Positions 35,430 through 48,150 of a DNA stretch of 64,000 nt are shown here, one piece after another. A program made the translations under genes and the position numbers. The DNA lies in NCBI GenBank assembly GCA_028534125.1, contig CM052816.1, forward strand, positions 1,426,001 to 1,490,000, given 5' to 3'. The notes under the pieces are model-generated. The model was not told the DNA's origin. It saw nothing but the letters and a program-made list of their open reading frames with translations, and did not search any database. The DNA is from Lama glama (taxonomy: Eukaryota). Numbering within the stretch: the stretch's first letter is position 1; each line of letters begins with the position of its first letter.

Positions 35430-36000
35430 GGACCATGTGCTCGTAAGGGCACTTGGTGCTAGAAAACTAACTCCAAGTTGCTTAAGTAAAAACAGGAATT
35501 TATTGTGTTAGTTGAATATAGTAAGCAACTCAAAACCCAGCATGTATCTGGGCTTCAGTAGCAACTAGACCCAAGGGTTCAAGCCTCTTTGGACAACTCC
35601 TCACATACCATATTTCATCCTTCTTTCTTTCTTTTTTTCTTTCCACAGGATGAAATCCTCTCTCTGTGATTCACAAGATGAGAAACAAGACCACAAAGTC
35701 CTAATTTTTACATCTTCGTATGCAGGCAGCCACGAAAAGCCTGGCTCCTTTACATCATTCTTGTCTTGAAACTCCCACGGAAGGGCCCAGGTTAAGTCTG
35801 AGGGTCAGGGGCTTACATCTGGACTATTCCTGGGAATGCCTTCTGTCACTGGCTAGGCTTTGGCAGGTGCCTAGCCCTGAACCGTCACCCTTGGCCAGCG
35901 AAAGGGGGTCACATTCTTCCGGGACGGCATCCATGGTGCCCGTGTATATGAGGGAGGGGCAGTTCTTAGCGAAAAGGTGCCTCACAGGTATTCACTGCAG
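35430..36000. mobile_element. Old MaLR (MLT1K/L-like) LTR fragment
   Basis: gcttaagtaaaaacaggaatttattg...ggcttcagtagcaactagacccaagggttcaa. Confidence 0.5.
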
Positions 36001-36441
36001 ACCACATGAGATCCAAAATGGGATGGAGGAAAGGAGAGCCTGAGGGTTTGCCTAGAAAACCACCTAACCTTTGAAAATTATTTTTATGAGCCAGCCAGAA
36101 TATAATGTTTGGATGGATCAGACATCTGCCTTATTTTTCCTTCTAAATCATTAAATGCTTTGAGGGTCTGGACTTTTGCTCATCTCTCAGTGTCCGTCAT
36201 GGCCCCTTACACCTAACGGGTGGGCAGTAAAGGACTGTTGTAACTTGATCTAGGGTGTTTGCCCTGGGGCTTTGCAAACTGGATCTGCCTACCTTCAAAA
36301 AAGAGGACTGGAAGCATTTGTGATATAAAAAGATAAATCTACAGCCTGACTCCCTAGGCGACTGCTTGGATGACAGCACGCATTTGGAAGTGGACATCTT
36401 GGCAAGCACTTGTTAATAACTTGTTTCATTTTCCCAGTCCC

Positions 36442-36443
<2 letters not shown>

Positions 36444-36473
<30 letters not shown>
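36444..36473. repeat. (TG)n microsatellite
   Basis: About 15 TG units. Confidence 0.95.
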
Positions 36474-36477
<4 letters not shown>

Positions 36478-36629
36478 ACTCGAATCTGGAATGCTCATCA
36501 TGATGTGAGCATCTCAGAATATCATGCAGGTTTCCCATTTTTGTGGGGCTTTTGTCAGGGACCCTAAGATGAGTTTTGGCCGGAGTTAGGGGGTGCAAAA
36601 TTCACCCTTTAGATGCATGAATTCATACA

Positions 36630-37150
36630 TTTTCAGTTAGGATTCTTTTAGTGGAAAGTCTCCCTACCCTTTGAGCAAAAGGAATTTTGTTGGTTCATGT
36701 CAGGGACTGTCTGGCTTCAGGAGGAGCCTGGTACAGGGCTCAAGCAGTTCAACCAGGATGCAATTTCTCTATTTTTTTTCGGTTTTGTGTTTTTGGTAAG
36801 GGCTCCATTGTTAAACAGGGTTTCTAGTCGTGCTCAACCAACTTACTGCCAACAGCTCTTGAGGCTACATCCTTCTGGGTTCACATCTGGTGGGAAAGGT
36901 AAAGCCCACTTCAAACCCCTGTACTTGCGTCTCGTTGGCTCTGTTTGGGTTATGGGTCCACTTCTGAACCAGTCACTGTGGTTAGGGGTGAGAGGGCGGA
37001 TAAGGGGCCCTGCTTGGTTTAGCGCAGTCATGTGCTCATGACTGGAGTAAACGTGAGAGCGGGGAGGGCAGCTCCCCCCAGCAAAACTGGGCTATGATGT
37101 CACAAGATGGGGAGGAGAACAGCAAAGGGTGAATGGCAGAGTTTAACATG
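36630..37150. mobile_element. Old MaLR (MLT1K/L-like) LTR
   Basis: tttcagttaggattctttt...ctggcttcagg...ttctgaaccagtcactgtggttagggg. Confidence 0.55.
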
Positions 37151-37303
37151 TACACAGTTGGCAGGGATTTGGGGGACCCTGTGGTCTGACAGCTCACTTC
37201 ATAAGCTGTAAAACCGAAGCCCAGAAAAGCAAAAGAGCTTGCCCCAGGGCACACACAGGAAGAAAGGGCTCTTTACTCTCTCTTTGCACTAAAGCACCTA
37301 CTC

Positions 37304-37942
37304 TTTTTTTTTTTCCCTGAAGTATAGTAGATTTACAATGTTGTATTAGTTTCTGGTATACAGTATAATGATTCAGTTACACACACACACACGTATATAT
37401 ATTCTTTTCCATTATACATTATTACAAGAAATTGAATATAGTTTCCTGTGCTATACAGTAGGTCCTTGTTATTTATCTGTTTTATATATAGTAGTGTGCC
37501 TGTTAATCCCCAACCCCTAATTTATCCCTTCCCACCCTTCCTCTTTTGGTAATCATATTTGTTTTCTATGTCCAGGAGTCTGTTTTTGGCTTGTAAATAG
37601 AACTTGTATCATTTTTTTTAAGATTCCATATGTAAGTGATATCATAAGGTATTTGTCTTTCTCTTCTTGACTTAACTTCACTTAGTATGATAATCTCTAA
37701 GTCCATCCATATTGCTGCAAATGGCATTATTTCATTCTTTTTATGACTGAGTAGTATTCCATTGTATATATATATACCACATCTTCTTTATCCAGTCATC
37801 TGTTAATGGACGTTTAGGTTGCTTCCATGTCTTGGCTATTGTAAACAGTGCTGTTATGAACACTGGGGTGCATGTATCTTTTTGAATTAGAGTTTTCTCC
37901 AGATACATGTGCAAAAGTAGGATTGCTGGATCATATGATAAC
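37304..37942 (-). mobile_element. Cetartiodactyl-type L1 3' end
   Basis: Poly(T) plus gaagtatagtagatttacaatgttgtattagtttctgg...gcatgtatctttttgaattagagttttctccag. Confidence 0.9.
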
Positions 37943-38049
37943 TAAATGTCTGTAGTCTTGATTTAACCCCTAGGTTATGAACATAAGTCAGAAGTACAAT
38001 TTGCTGAGCATGATTGAGAATTAGACGCTTATTCAGAGATTCAGTTGTT

Positions 38050-38073
38050 ACACACACACACACACACACACAC
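38050..38073. repeat. (AC)n microsatellite
   Basis: About 12 AC units. Confidence 0.9.
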
Positions 38074-38339
38074 CCCTTTTGGGGATCAGGTTCTATGGCT
38101 TTTAAAATCTAGGGAGGATAATTCTCTCTGTTTTTATGCCTTATGCCTAGCTTATGAGTCAACCTGTTTCTCTGTCTTTCTCCCCCTGCTCTCCGTGTTC
38201 ATAGGAAACTAGTGAACTTGCGGGGTTGTGGTGGTGGCAGGGGTCAGGAGGGGCCATCCTTCAGTGATTCTCATGGACAAAGCAGAAGCAGCCAAACACA
38301 TTTGGCAGGACCACAGATGCCAGCACAACTGGTTTCTTT

Positions 38340-39295
38340 CTTTTTTAAAAAGATTTAAAACAATGGATGTGTAGTTGATTTACAATATTATATTAGTTTC
38401 AGGTGTACAAAATAGTGATTCATTATTTTTATAGGTTATACTCCATTTAAAGTGATTACAAAATAGTGGCTATATTTCCCTGTGCTGTGCAATGTATACT
38501 AGCTATTTATTTTATACATAGTAGTTTGTACCTCTTGATCCCCCACCCTTATATTTCCCCTCTGCCTCCTCTCCCCACAGGTAATCACTAGTTTGTTTTC
38601 TGTATCTAAGTCTGTTTCTGTTTTTTTAAGATACATTTATTTTATTTAAAAAATTTCACATGTAAGAGATAACACAGAGTCTTTGTTTTTCTCTGTCTGA
38701 TTTATTTCACTAAGCATTTCACTAACAACCTCCAGGTTCATCCACATTGTTGCAAATGGCAGAATGTTATTCTTTTTTTTATGGCTGAGTAATATTTTAT
38801 TATAATCATATACCGCATCTGTTGATGGATCTTGGGTATTGTAAATGAACATTTGGGTGCATGTATCTTTTCAAATTAGTGTTTTTGTTTTCTTTGGATA
38901 TACACCCAGCAGTGGAAATGCTGGATCGTATGTAATTTTATTTTTAGTCTTTTGAGGAATCTTCATACTCTTTTTCCATATGGCTGCATCAATTTGCATT
39001 CCCAGTAACATGTAGGAGGGTTCCCTTTTCTCCACATTTTTTGCCAACGTTTGTTATTGGTAGACTTTTTGATGATAACCATTCTGACAGGTGTGAGGGG
39101 ATATCTCATTGTGATTTTGATTTGCATTTCTCTGATGATTGACGATGTTGAATTTTTTTTTCATGTGCCCATTGCCATTTTTATGTCGTCTTCAGAAAAA
39201 TGTTTATTCAGGTCTTCTGCTCATTTTTAATCAGGTTTTTTTTTGATATTAAGTTGTATGAGCTGTTTATGTATTTTGGATATTAACCCCTTGGT
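38340..39295 (-). mobile_element. L1 3' portion
   Basis: tagttgatttacaatattatattagtttcaggtgtacaa...cattctgacaggtgtgagg...gatattaacccctt; antisense ORF ILPFATMWMNLE. Confidence 0.9.
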
Positions 39296-39983
39296 GATCT
39301 AGAGAAATAAGATGCGTTTTCTGCCCCATGCTAGGCAGTACTCTCTGTCCTTGAGTATTCTGTCCAGGAGGCTGTTACATCTGAGATTCCAGGGGAGCGC
39401 GGCTGATAAGTGTGTTTCCTGAGATGATCACATCATAAAACAAGAATGGATCTGACAGCACCTGAAGTGCTCCTCAACGTGCGGCTGGTTTTACATCATA
39501 GTAAATTTCCAAGCCCTGAGAAATAAGGGACTCATGAGCCCCTGACTTCCTCTCCACCCTTCCACACCCGCATTCACCGAACAATAGATTGTCAGATGTT
39601 CCCTCCCTTCCCAGAGCACACACCTTTCATCTGAGTCAGGAGGAACACTTGAGAATTCCAGGAACACATTTAATCGCTTAAAATTGGTCGGTGCCATCAG
39701 TCTCCGGGGAGCTGATACAAAAGCTGCGAATTACAGCACGTATTCTTGTAGAAGCACATTGCTGAGAAGATGTCTCAGGCTCAGGTTTGGTTTCAAATTC
39801 AAAGCTTTTTGACATTTTCAGTTTGTCTGAATTGATCTTGAGTAACTGAATTGGCAAGTGTTCTCTCTTCTTTCTTTGCCCACTTGTAGCTTGTTGGTTT
39901 ATTCACTTATTTAAACAGAAGAACATCCCATTTAAGAGTATTTTCTTTTGAATTCTTGATAATAGAATTAGGAAATCTTAATT

Positions 39984-40229
39984 TTTTTTTGTGTGTGTGT
40001 GTGTGTGTTCACATTTTCTTTTTTTTTAACATTTTTATTGATTTATAATCATTTTACAATATTGTGTCAAATTCCAGTGTAGAGCACAATTTTTCAGTTA
40101 TACATGAACATATATATATTCATTGTCACATTTTTTTCTCTGTGAGCTACCATAAGATCTTGTATATATTTCCCTGTGCTATACAGTATAATCTAGTTTA
40201 TCTATTCTACAATTTTGAATTCCCAGTCT
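39984..40229 (-). mobile_element. Short lineage-specific L1 3' end whose tail contains a (TG)n tract
   Basis: tttattgatttataatcattttacaatattgtgtcaaattccag; ATCTTAATT at 39975-39983 and 40230-40238. Confidence 0.8.
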
Positions 40230-40269
40230 ATCTTAATTCTGCTTAAACTGCAAGTAACAGGAGTGTCAT

Positions 40270-40620
40270 TTAATGATTCCACAAATCTTTATTGAGATGC
40301 TTCTATATGCCAAGCACTTTGCCAGGTACTGGGATACCAGATTTATGGGTGGATACTCAGCCATCCTTTTGTCCATCTGTTCATTCATTCAACAAGTATT
40401 TACTGAGTACCCTCTGTGGGTGTCAGGCACTGCACTATGTGAAGGGGACACAGAGCTGAACAAGACAGAAATGACCTCTGTGTTCTTAGATCTTACAGTC
40501 TTCAGGGAGCACTAAAACACGGGCTGTGCCTGCTAGGAGCTCACAGTTTGGTGGGTGAGAAAGACAGAGCCACAGCACCTACAAACCGCTGTGTAAGAAC
40601 TTTAGCAGAGTTGTGTAGCC
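40270..40620 (-). mobile_element. L2 3' end fragments
   Basis: cattcattcaacaagtatttactgagtacc...tgtcaggcactg; ggagctcacagtttggtggg. Confidence 0.75.
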
Positions 40621-41553
40621 GAGCGCTCTGGAATGCCTACTGGAGAAAGGGAATGATGCTGAAGGAAGGCTGTGGCTGTAAATAATGAGTGCACACTCTG
40701 GAGCCCTGAAAGCTGAGTTTGAATTCCAGCTCTGCCTCTGATAGCTCTGTGGCTTGGCCTCCCCTTGTCTTAGTGTCCTCTTGTGTGCAGTGAGGGTAAG
40801 AGTGTCATCCACCCCAGGGCTGTGAAGTTTCAGCAAGGCTTGATTCGTAAAGTACTGAATGCAGTGCCTGGAGCCTGCCTCTCTTCTTCAGCCCTTAGAG
40901 TCCATCCTGGATGTGTTCCTAGGAAGGTGTGGCTGCCACTGGGTCCGGGATGGGAAGTGAGCTGCTGAAACGGGCCCAGTCGGTCCTTGCTGCCGTCCTG
41001 CTCTGGAAAGGCAGTGCCAGGCCAGGCTCAGGCTGAGCCCCACTTGTTGGCTGAGGTGGGCGTTTCTGAGTGTGGTCTGCATTGGTAACGTTAAGGCCGC
41101 ATAGAGGCAAACATGTTTTTGTGCGTGTTACAAAGATACCATCTTTCCATTTACGTGCTTCTATAACGTTTCTTTTAAAAACACATTTATGTAAGTTAAG
41201 AAAACTGATTTGATTTAAAGGAGCACCTTAAGGGCTATGAGAGTGGAGTGTTAAACCATGGTAAAGCCATGAGTTGTACTTTTTTGTGGAGATTTAGGAA
41301 ATGTTGGCTTGGAATGAGGTTCTGAATGGTACCAGTTCTTCAGCTCCTTATCATAAAGTGGAAGCAACAGCATTACCTCCAAGGAAGTTGAGGACCGTCG
41401 TGAGACAGTGTATGCGGGCCCTGGATGGTGCTGCGGGTGACAGACAGCCCAGCTCACGTGACGTTGCTCTGCCCCTGCCTCACTCGGGATCAGATGATCC
41501 TGCTTCGATTATCTTCATTGCCTGTATCATTATCTAAAATTATCTTGTTTATT

Positions 41554-41912
41554 TACAGTCCCCCTCTGTAATTCTGAAATTCCAAATGCCCTGAAAATGG
41601 GACATTAAAAAAAACAGGCTTGGCACTCATCAGTTTGTTTTTGATATAAATTTGCAGTTTTTGTAGCACACACTGACCTGAATTGATGTGAAACTCTCTT
41701 TCTCCTTAATTTATCCTTCTTAGTGTAAAGATGGAAATGTGCAGCCATGGGACTGCTAATGTGTTTGACTATGGGGAGCTGGCCCAGACTCTTTGGGGAA
41801 TAACACATTATATGGGACTTGAACTCCATGATCGCTCTAAAATGTGAAAAATTCTCTATCCTGAAAGGACATCTGGTGGTGAAGTTTTCACGTAAGGGAT
41901 TGTGGCCCTCTA
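41554..41912. mobile_element. Tigger-family MITE
   Basis: Starts tacagtcccc, ends taagggattgtggccctcta, resembling degenerate Tigger termini. Confidence 0.5.
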
Positions 41913-42687
41913 GTTGCTCGTTTCTCCCACCTGAAAATACACCCCAAGGGGCAGGGACCTCATTTGTTTTATGGATGAATGAATGAAAGAGCAAACTGCA
42001 TCTTTCTTGATATTCGATCTTCTCCCTTCTTGCTAGCTTGGTGCAAATCCCCAGTCTTCACCTCTGGGATGCTGGCGTGCATGTCTTGTTCCCCACTTCG
42101 TTTTGCAATATTCAGCTCTCATCCTTGGTTTCCAGGCTCTGGAGACCCTCCCTCTAAGCTGCATTCTCATGTTCATCTTCATCTTCGTTACGCATTATAT
42201 GATCACTTCCTGTGGGCCAGGCCCTATCCTTAGGCAATCATTGTCTTATTTAATTGTTCTATTGCCTCTTTACAGAGAAATGAAGACACTCACCCACAGT
42301 CTCACCGTCAGCAAGTGGCAGAGCTGGGATTTCAACCCAGGCCCGGCTGGTCCTTCTGACATCCTCTCCCTATCCTGGGCCTGGGAGAGCCTCTCCATTT
42401 TCTTCCTTTGAGTTGCCTCCATAAATCTCCAAGATAGTCTAAACTCTTAGCTCAGTCTGCTGAGTCCTGCAGGCCAAGATGAACCCCTGGATGCCTGGCG
42501 CTAACCTCGCAGGTCATGGATGACGCATATATTACCAGCACAGGGTCTATGGCTTTGTGGTTAGTGTGTGAGGCTCTGGAGTCCCAGAGAGACGGTTTTG
42601 ATCCTGGCTGTAACAGCACACACATCAGAGAATATAAGCTCACAAACAGCTCATACAGCTCAGTATTAAAAACAAAATAAAACATCC

Positions 42688-43333
42688 CTTACACCATACA
42701 CAAAAATCAACTCAGAATGGATCAAAGACTTAAACATAAGACAAGATACAATAAACCTCCTAGAAGAAAATATAGGCAAAACATTATCTGACATACATCT
42801 CAAAAATGTTCTCCCAGGGCAGTCTACCCAAGCAATGGAAATAAAAGCAAGAATGAACAAATGGGACCTAATGAAACTTATAAGCTTCTGCACAGCAAAG
42901 GAAACCATAAGCAAAACAAAAAGACAACCTACGGAATGGGAGAAAGTTTTTGCAAATGAAACCGACAAAGGCTTGATCTCCAGATTATACAAGCACCTCA
43001 TACAACTTAATAAGAAAAAAACAAACAACCCAATCCAAAGATGGGCAAAAGACCTAAACAGGCAATTCTCCAAGAAAGACATACAAATGATCAATAGGTA
43101 CATGAAAAAATGCTCAGTATCACTAATTATCAGAGAAATGCAAATCAAAACTACGACGAAGTATCACCTCACACCAGTCAGAATGTCCATCATTCAAAAA
43201 TCCACAAATCACAAATGCTGGAAAGGCTGTGGAGAGAAGGCAACCCTCCTACACTGCTGGTGGGAATGCAGTTTGGTGCAGCCACTGTGGAAAACAGTAT
43301 GGACATTCCTCGAAAGACTAGGAATAGACTTAC
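42688..43333 (+). mobile_element. Young L1 ORF2 segment, open reading frame to the assembly gap
   Basis: Uninterrupted frame from [16 protein letters not shown] through [15 protein letters not shown] to the zinc knuckle [18 protein letters not shown]. Confidence 0.93.
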
Positions 43334-43833
43334 NNNNNNNNNNNNNNNNNNNNNNNNNNNNNNNNNNNNNNNNNNNNNNNNNNNNNNNNNNNNNNNNNNN
43401 NNNNNNNNNNNNNNNNNNNNNNNNNNNNNNNNNNNNNNNNNNNNNNNNNNNNNNNNNNNNNNNNNNNNNNNNNNNNNNNNNNNNNNNNNNNNNNNNNNNN
43501 NNNNNNNNNNNNNNNNNNNNNNNNNNNNNNNNNNNNNNNNNNNNNNNNNNNNNNNNNNNNNNNNNNNNNNNNNNNNNNNNNNNNNNNNNNNNNNNNNNNN
43601 NNNNNNNNNNNNNNNNNNNNNNNNNNNNNNNNNNNNNNNNNNNNNNNNNNNNNNNNNNNNNNNNNNNNNNNNNNNNNNNNNNNNNNNNNNNNNNNNNNNN
43701 NNNNNNNNNNNNNNNNNNNNNNNNNNNNNNNNNNNNNNNNNNNNNNNNNNNNNNNNNNNNNNNNNNNNNNNNNNNNNNNNNNNNNNNNNNNNNNNNNNNN
43801 NNNNNNNNNNNNNNNNNNNNNNNNNNNNNNNNN
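43334..43833. other. Assembly gap (500 N)
   Basis: Run of N. Confidence 1.
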
Positions 43834-46394
43834 TAATTTGACATTATCTATAGACAGAACAGTTTGTCTTGAAAGTTGAGTTTCTCTTACAAAGAGGCCA
43901 AATGAGTAGTTTCCAGGGATTTTGTATGGTAGACGCAAACATTTGATGAAGGTTTAGATGAGAAGACCTTTAAGATTCTGCCCTGAAGTTCAAGGTTCTA
44001 ATTTTACCATGGACCTTTATGGTCTGCATGATTTCAGGCAAGTTACTTAACTTCTCTGGGGCTGTTGTCTCATCTGTGAAAACTAGGATAAGAAACTCTG
44101 TTTTGCTTTGTTTTTGTGAGAAATAAATTATGTGGCATTTAGTAAAAAAGCTGGCACAGAGATGGAACTCAGTATATGAGTGTTCTCTTGATTTTTCTCT
44201 GCTACAGGTGATGCTTTTCTCTTCATGAAATGCTGCTTTCTCAACTGCTGCTGCCACTTCAGGGATTTTATTTGCTTTAAGCAGCTGTAGTCTATGAAGA
44301 TGATATAGCGCGTCAATCTCCTTGCTTAGCATAAGGCTGTGCACAAAGAAGGGCCTTAATATATACTGGTAGATGTGATTTAATATGGTGTCTTAGCTAA
44401 CAATTCCCATGGCAAAATTTATATAAGAATGCATGTCCTCTCAGCCCTTTAAAATTACTGAGTCACAGTTAGATGCATGTATACACAGAGAATTCCATGC
44501 ACAGATACGCATGCAGGCACATACCCAGACTGACCTAAGCAAACACACAAATGCAGACAGCATGGCCGTGCAAACCCGTGTGCACAGACAGGCACAGACT
44601 TTCACTTCCCCCTCCCTGTAATCAAGAAGATGGAAGAAGAATCTGCCTGTGGGATGAGTCACAGAGGCGGCTGGGATGAAGGGCAGGAGCCAGCATCCCC
44701 GGGGAATCTTTATTTATAGCCCCGGCTGCTGGAGAGGGGGCTGAAATCATTCCTCAGGAGCTTCAGTGATGGAGAGTGATAAGATAACCAAGAGATGTCA
44801 TTCCCACCATCGTGCTCTCTTAGAAGCAGGCGCCTGTTGCTGCCAGAGCCCAGAGAAGCGCTGTGTCACTCCAGGGCTGCAGCACACGGGGAGGCGTTGA
44901 GCCGACTGCATTCTAGCTGGTCCATCAGCAGCCGCTGGGCCCCTTTCCCTGGTGCACAATCTCTATGCTAATCCAAGCAAATCCTCCCAGCTCCGAACAA
45001 ATAGAAACCTCTCTGGGCCTGCCGAGGCCACTGATCAGGGAGGATGCAGTTAAGATTCAAAATGATACAGTCTAATCCGCTGGCCCAATGGTCCTGCCTC
45101 TGTCAACAGTGTGGTTTCTGTAATGAGCAGAGCAAGCAGCATGGGGGAAATGCAACGCCAGACTCAGCCTGCCCTCCTAAGGAGCCAGGTTGGGATAGGA
45201 AGAGGCAGCTGGCTTTTTGCTGGGCTTTGAGGGACACGGGCAAAGTCTGGGGGGAGGCGTGGGCAGTGAGTTCTTTGCAGACTCTGTCTCTCATCTCCTA
45301 TTGCATTCCTAGAGCCCAGCACACTGCCTGACAGAGAGGTCGTGCCTAGATCTTAGCCGACAACTGGGTACATTCATGATCTCTTTAATTTCCTGGTGTA
45401 CGAGAATGCCAGTTATGGTTCTTGGTAAGATGCATGCTAGAAAGGAAAGAACATTTTCTATGGAGCCAGGAAGACCAAGGTTCTAATCCTGTCTCTTCCA
45501 CTAGAAGAAGACCTTGCGCAGGTCACCTAATCTCTTCAAGCCTCAGTTTGCTCATTTGTATAATGGGAACTCACTGGTACCTACTATGTTTTGGGGGCTG
45601 AGCTAAGGATTAAAGACAATACAACTGTGTGACTTAACTCGGATATGTGCTACCTGAGAGGGATGGATATGAAGTTTCTGTCGGCCAATAACACTTGAGT
45701 TGAATTAACTGATTAAATTGCATCTGGCAGGGAACAGGGACCCAGGACTGTCTGGGACTGTTTGTCCTGTTAACCCCTCATTTCTGAGCCCTCTGCTTGG
45801 CCTGGAACCCTGTTCTGAGCGTGTGTTCTCCTCTTAGCTCCCATGGCTCTCGGTTGGCTTAGGGGTGAGCCTGAACCTTTGCTCCTGGCTGAGGCAGGAG
45901 ATCCCTTGGACTGGATGCCTGTTGTCCAGTGCAGACTCTGTGTTCTGCCCTCGCAAGCTCTTCCTCTTGGCCCTTGACCCTCACTTTGGCTCCTGGCCCT
46001 TAACGGGGCATAGGTAAATGTGCTCTTGATCAGGTGGGTCATTCTGGGCCTGCTGGTCCTGACCTCCCTGACCTGCCCGGATTGCCTGAGACTGCCCTGC
46101 TATTTGGTCCTGCCACTTTCCACCTCTGATTCTCAGGCCTGGTTTAGCCCTGGAGCCCTGACGGGACCAAGCTGAAGAGCCGTGCACCTGTTCTGCTAGG
46201 ATGCAGCTCTTGAGCCTTGAAGCTTTTCCTGGGGGAAGTCAGAGTGCAAGGGAGAGCAGGAAGTGAGTCTGGGGACAGAAGGAAGAGTCAGGAAGTGAAG
46301 GACAGTCATTTTATGATATGATGCCCATCTTTGTCCTCAAGATAAAGAGTCATCCCTCCAGCTACCATTCAAACACCAGTTTCCAGATTGAACG

Positions 46395-46640
46395 AATAAT
46401 GCAGTGGTGACAAAAAGCCCAAGCTTTCGAACCACACAGACCTGAGCTTGAAATCTGGCCCTGTCACTTGGGAAAATTGCATCATTTTTCTGAGCTTTGG
46501 GCCTCTCACTGATAAAACGGGGTCAGTAACAGTACCTGCCTCCTAGGGCTGCTGAGAGCATTAAATGAGACAAGGGATGTAAAGCGCTTAGCACAGTGCC
46601 TGGCACGCAGTAAGCTGTCAATAAAATGGTGGCAATGATG
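46395..46640 (+). mobile_element. MIR SINE
   Basis: acctgcctcctagggctgctgagagcattaaatgagac...gtaaagcgcttagcacagtgcctggcacgcagtaag. Confidence 0.85.
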
Positions 46641-47619
46641 ACAGGTCTGTTTTTTGACCTCTGCACCCGGTGGCTGCTCAGTTACCAGGAGGATCTGATG
46701 AAAGAGTGGCTTTGAACGTGTTTCGAGGCCAGAGAGCAGGATGTCAGTAAAGAGTATTAAAATAATTATTTTATTTCTCAGTTTTTGAAATTTGCTAACT
46801 GATGTGCTCTTGGACGTGGATTGGACGCCTGGCAGACAGAGAGTGTGAAGGAGTCCCTGTGACAAGGCTCCTGTATGACATTTTGATCTGGTGTCATAGA
46901 ATCCAAGGGACTTTGACAGGGTCCTCTTACTGCCCCAGTGCCTTCTGTGGCCACCAGTGTTGCTCAGTCCTTCCAGCTTAGCCGTGTGGTTTATAAGTTG
47001 GGGAAGGAGGCATATAAGACCAGGAACTAAAGCTTTATTTGCTGTTTCCCAGAGCCTGTGGCTCAGAGGCTGCTGGGACTGAGTGAGCCAAGGAAGAGGC
47101 GACAAGGGACCAAGCAACAAGCCCTGATTTATGACCCGAGGCTCCAATTCCAGAAGCCACATCATCAGTTCCTTTGGGAAAGAGTTTTAACCAGATGAAC
47201 CGCCCTTCCAGCTGCAGGACTGAGTCCCAGGCCTGCTCCCAAGGGCAATCCTTTTTTATGCACCCCTTAGGGGGAAGAAAACCTGGAGAGCAAATTCTGG
47301 GACTGGGTCAGGATGGGGACCTGCCCTCCAGCTGGCCAGGAGAATGCCTGAAACATAGCATCAGTCCCCTCATTATGGAAAGGGGTGGTAGAATTCATAG
47401 CAAGATGATCTTAGTGTCGGCTGGGCAAAATGGAGGTCATGAGAAGGGAAAATAGTCCTTTACTTTGCATTCTGGCCCTACCTTACAGCCCTTACGGACA
47501 CCACAGGGCTGATTCTGCTCAGCCACATTTCAGTGCTTCCCCAGCATCCCAGCTAACACAGGGTCATTTTTGTAGGATCTTGAGATGACCTCTGTGGCCA
47601 CACCCTTCACAGGTGGTAG

Positions 47620-48150
47620 ATGTGACAAACACCTACATTCTCCCCTTCTTCTTCCTTTTTTAGCAGAACTAGGTGGGCAGCAACGTGCTAAGGTGGCTCC
47701 TTCCACTGGATCCAGCGATAAACTATGTCTGGCCTCACTCAAACATGACGATTTCCATTCTTATTTGCTAATAGTTGGCTTAGAGGTGGTCATGTGGTCC
47801 AGCTCCAGCCAATGGGACCAGAGGCAAAGTCTTCTGGAATCTTCTGGAAAGATTTTGTTCTTTGATAAGAGAAAGACATGAGAGGAGAAACTCTGGTCCC
47901 CCTTTCCTTTTCTCTGTTGTTGGTGAGGATGTGGTGGCTGGAGCTGTGGCAGCTACCTTGCCACGTTGAGGAGAAAGTCAAGAACATTTCAGAGAAGCTG
48001 ACCTAGAGCCTTGAAACTGGTGAGCACTGATATAACCCTGCATCTGTCAATTTGTAGACTTTCTGTTAAAGCATTAAAAATCTTTACTGTTTAAGCAACT
48101 TATAGCCAGATATTTTGTTGTGTGTATCCCAAAGCATTTGAACTACTACA
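47620..48150 (+). mobile_element. LTR16-like ERVL LTR
   Basis: ccagccaatgggaccagaggcaaagtc...ggctggagctgtggcagctacc...tgtttaagcaactt...aaagcatttgaact. Confidence 0.6.

Noticed and set aside
42835..43938. Long ORFs of 202-333 aa spanning the gap
   Set aside because: Their length comes from 500 Ns; the real part is L1 ORF2.
46506..47165. 219-aa minus-strand ORF
   Set aside because: No recognisable domain, and the C-terminal part is antisense MIR sequence; most likely a chance ORF.
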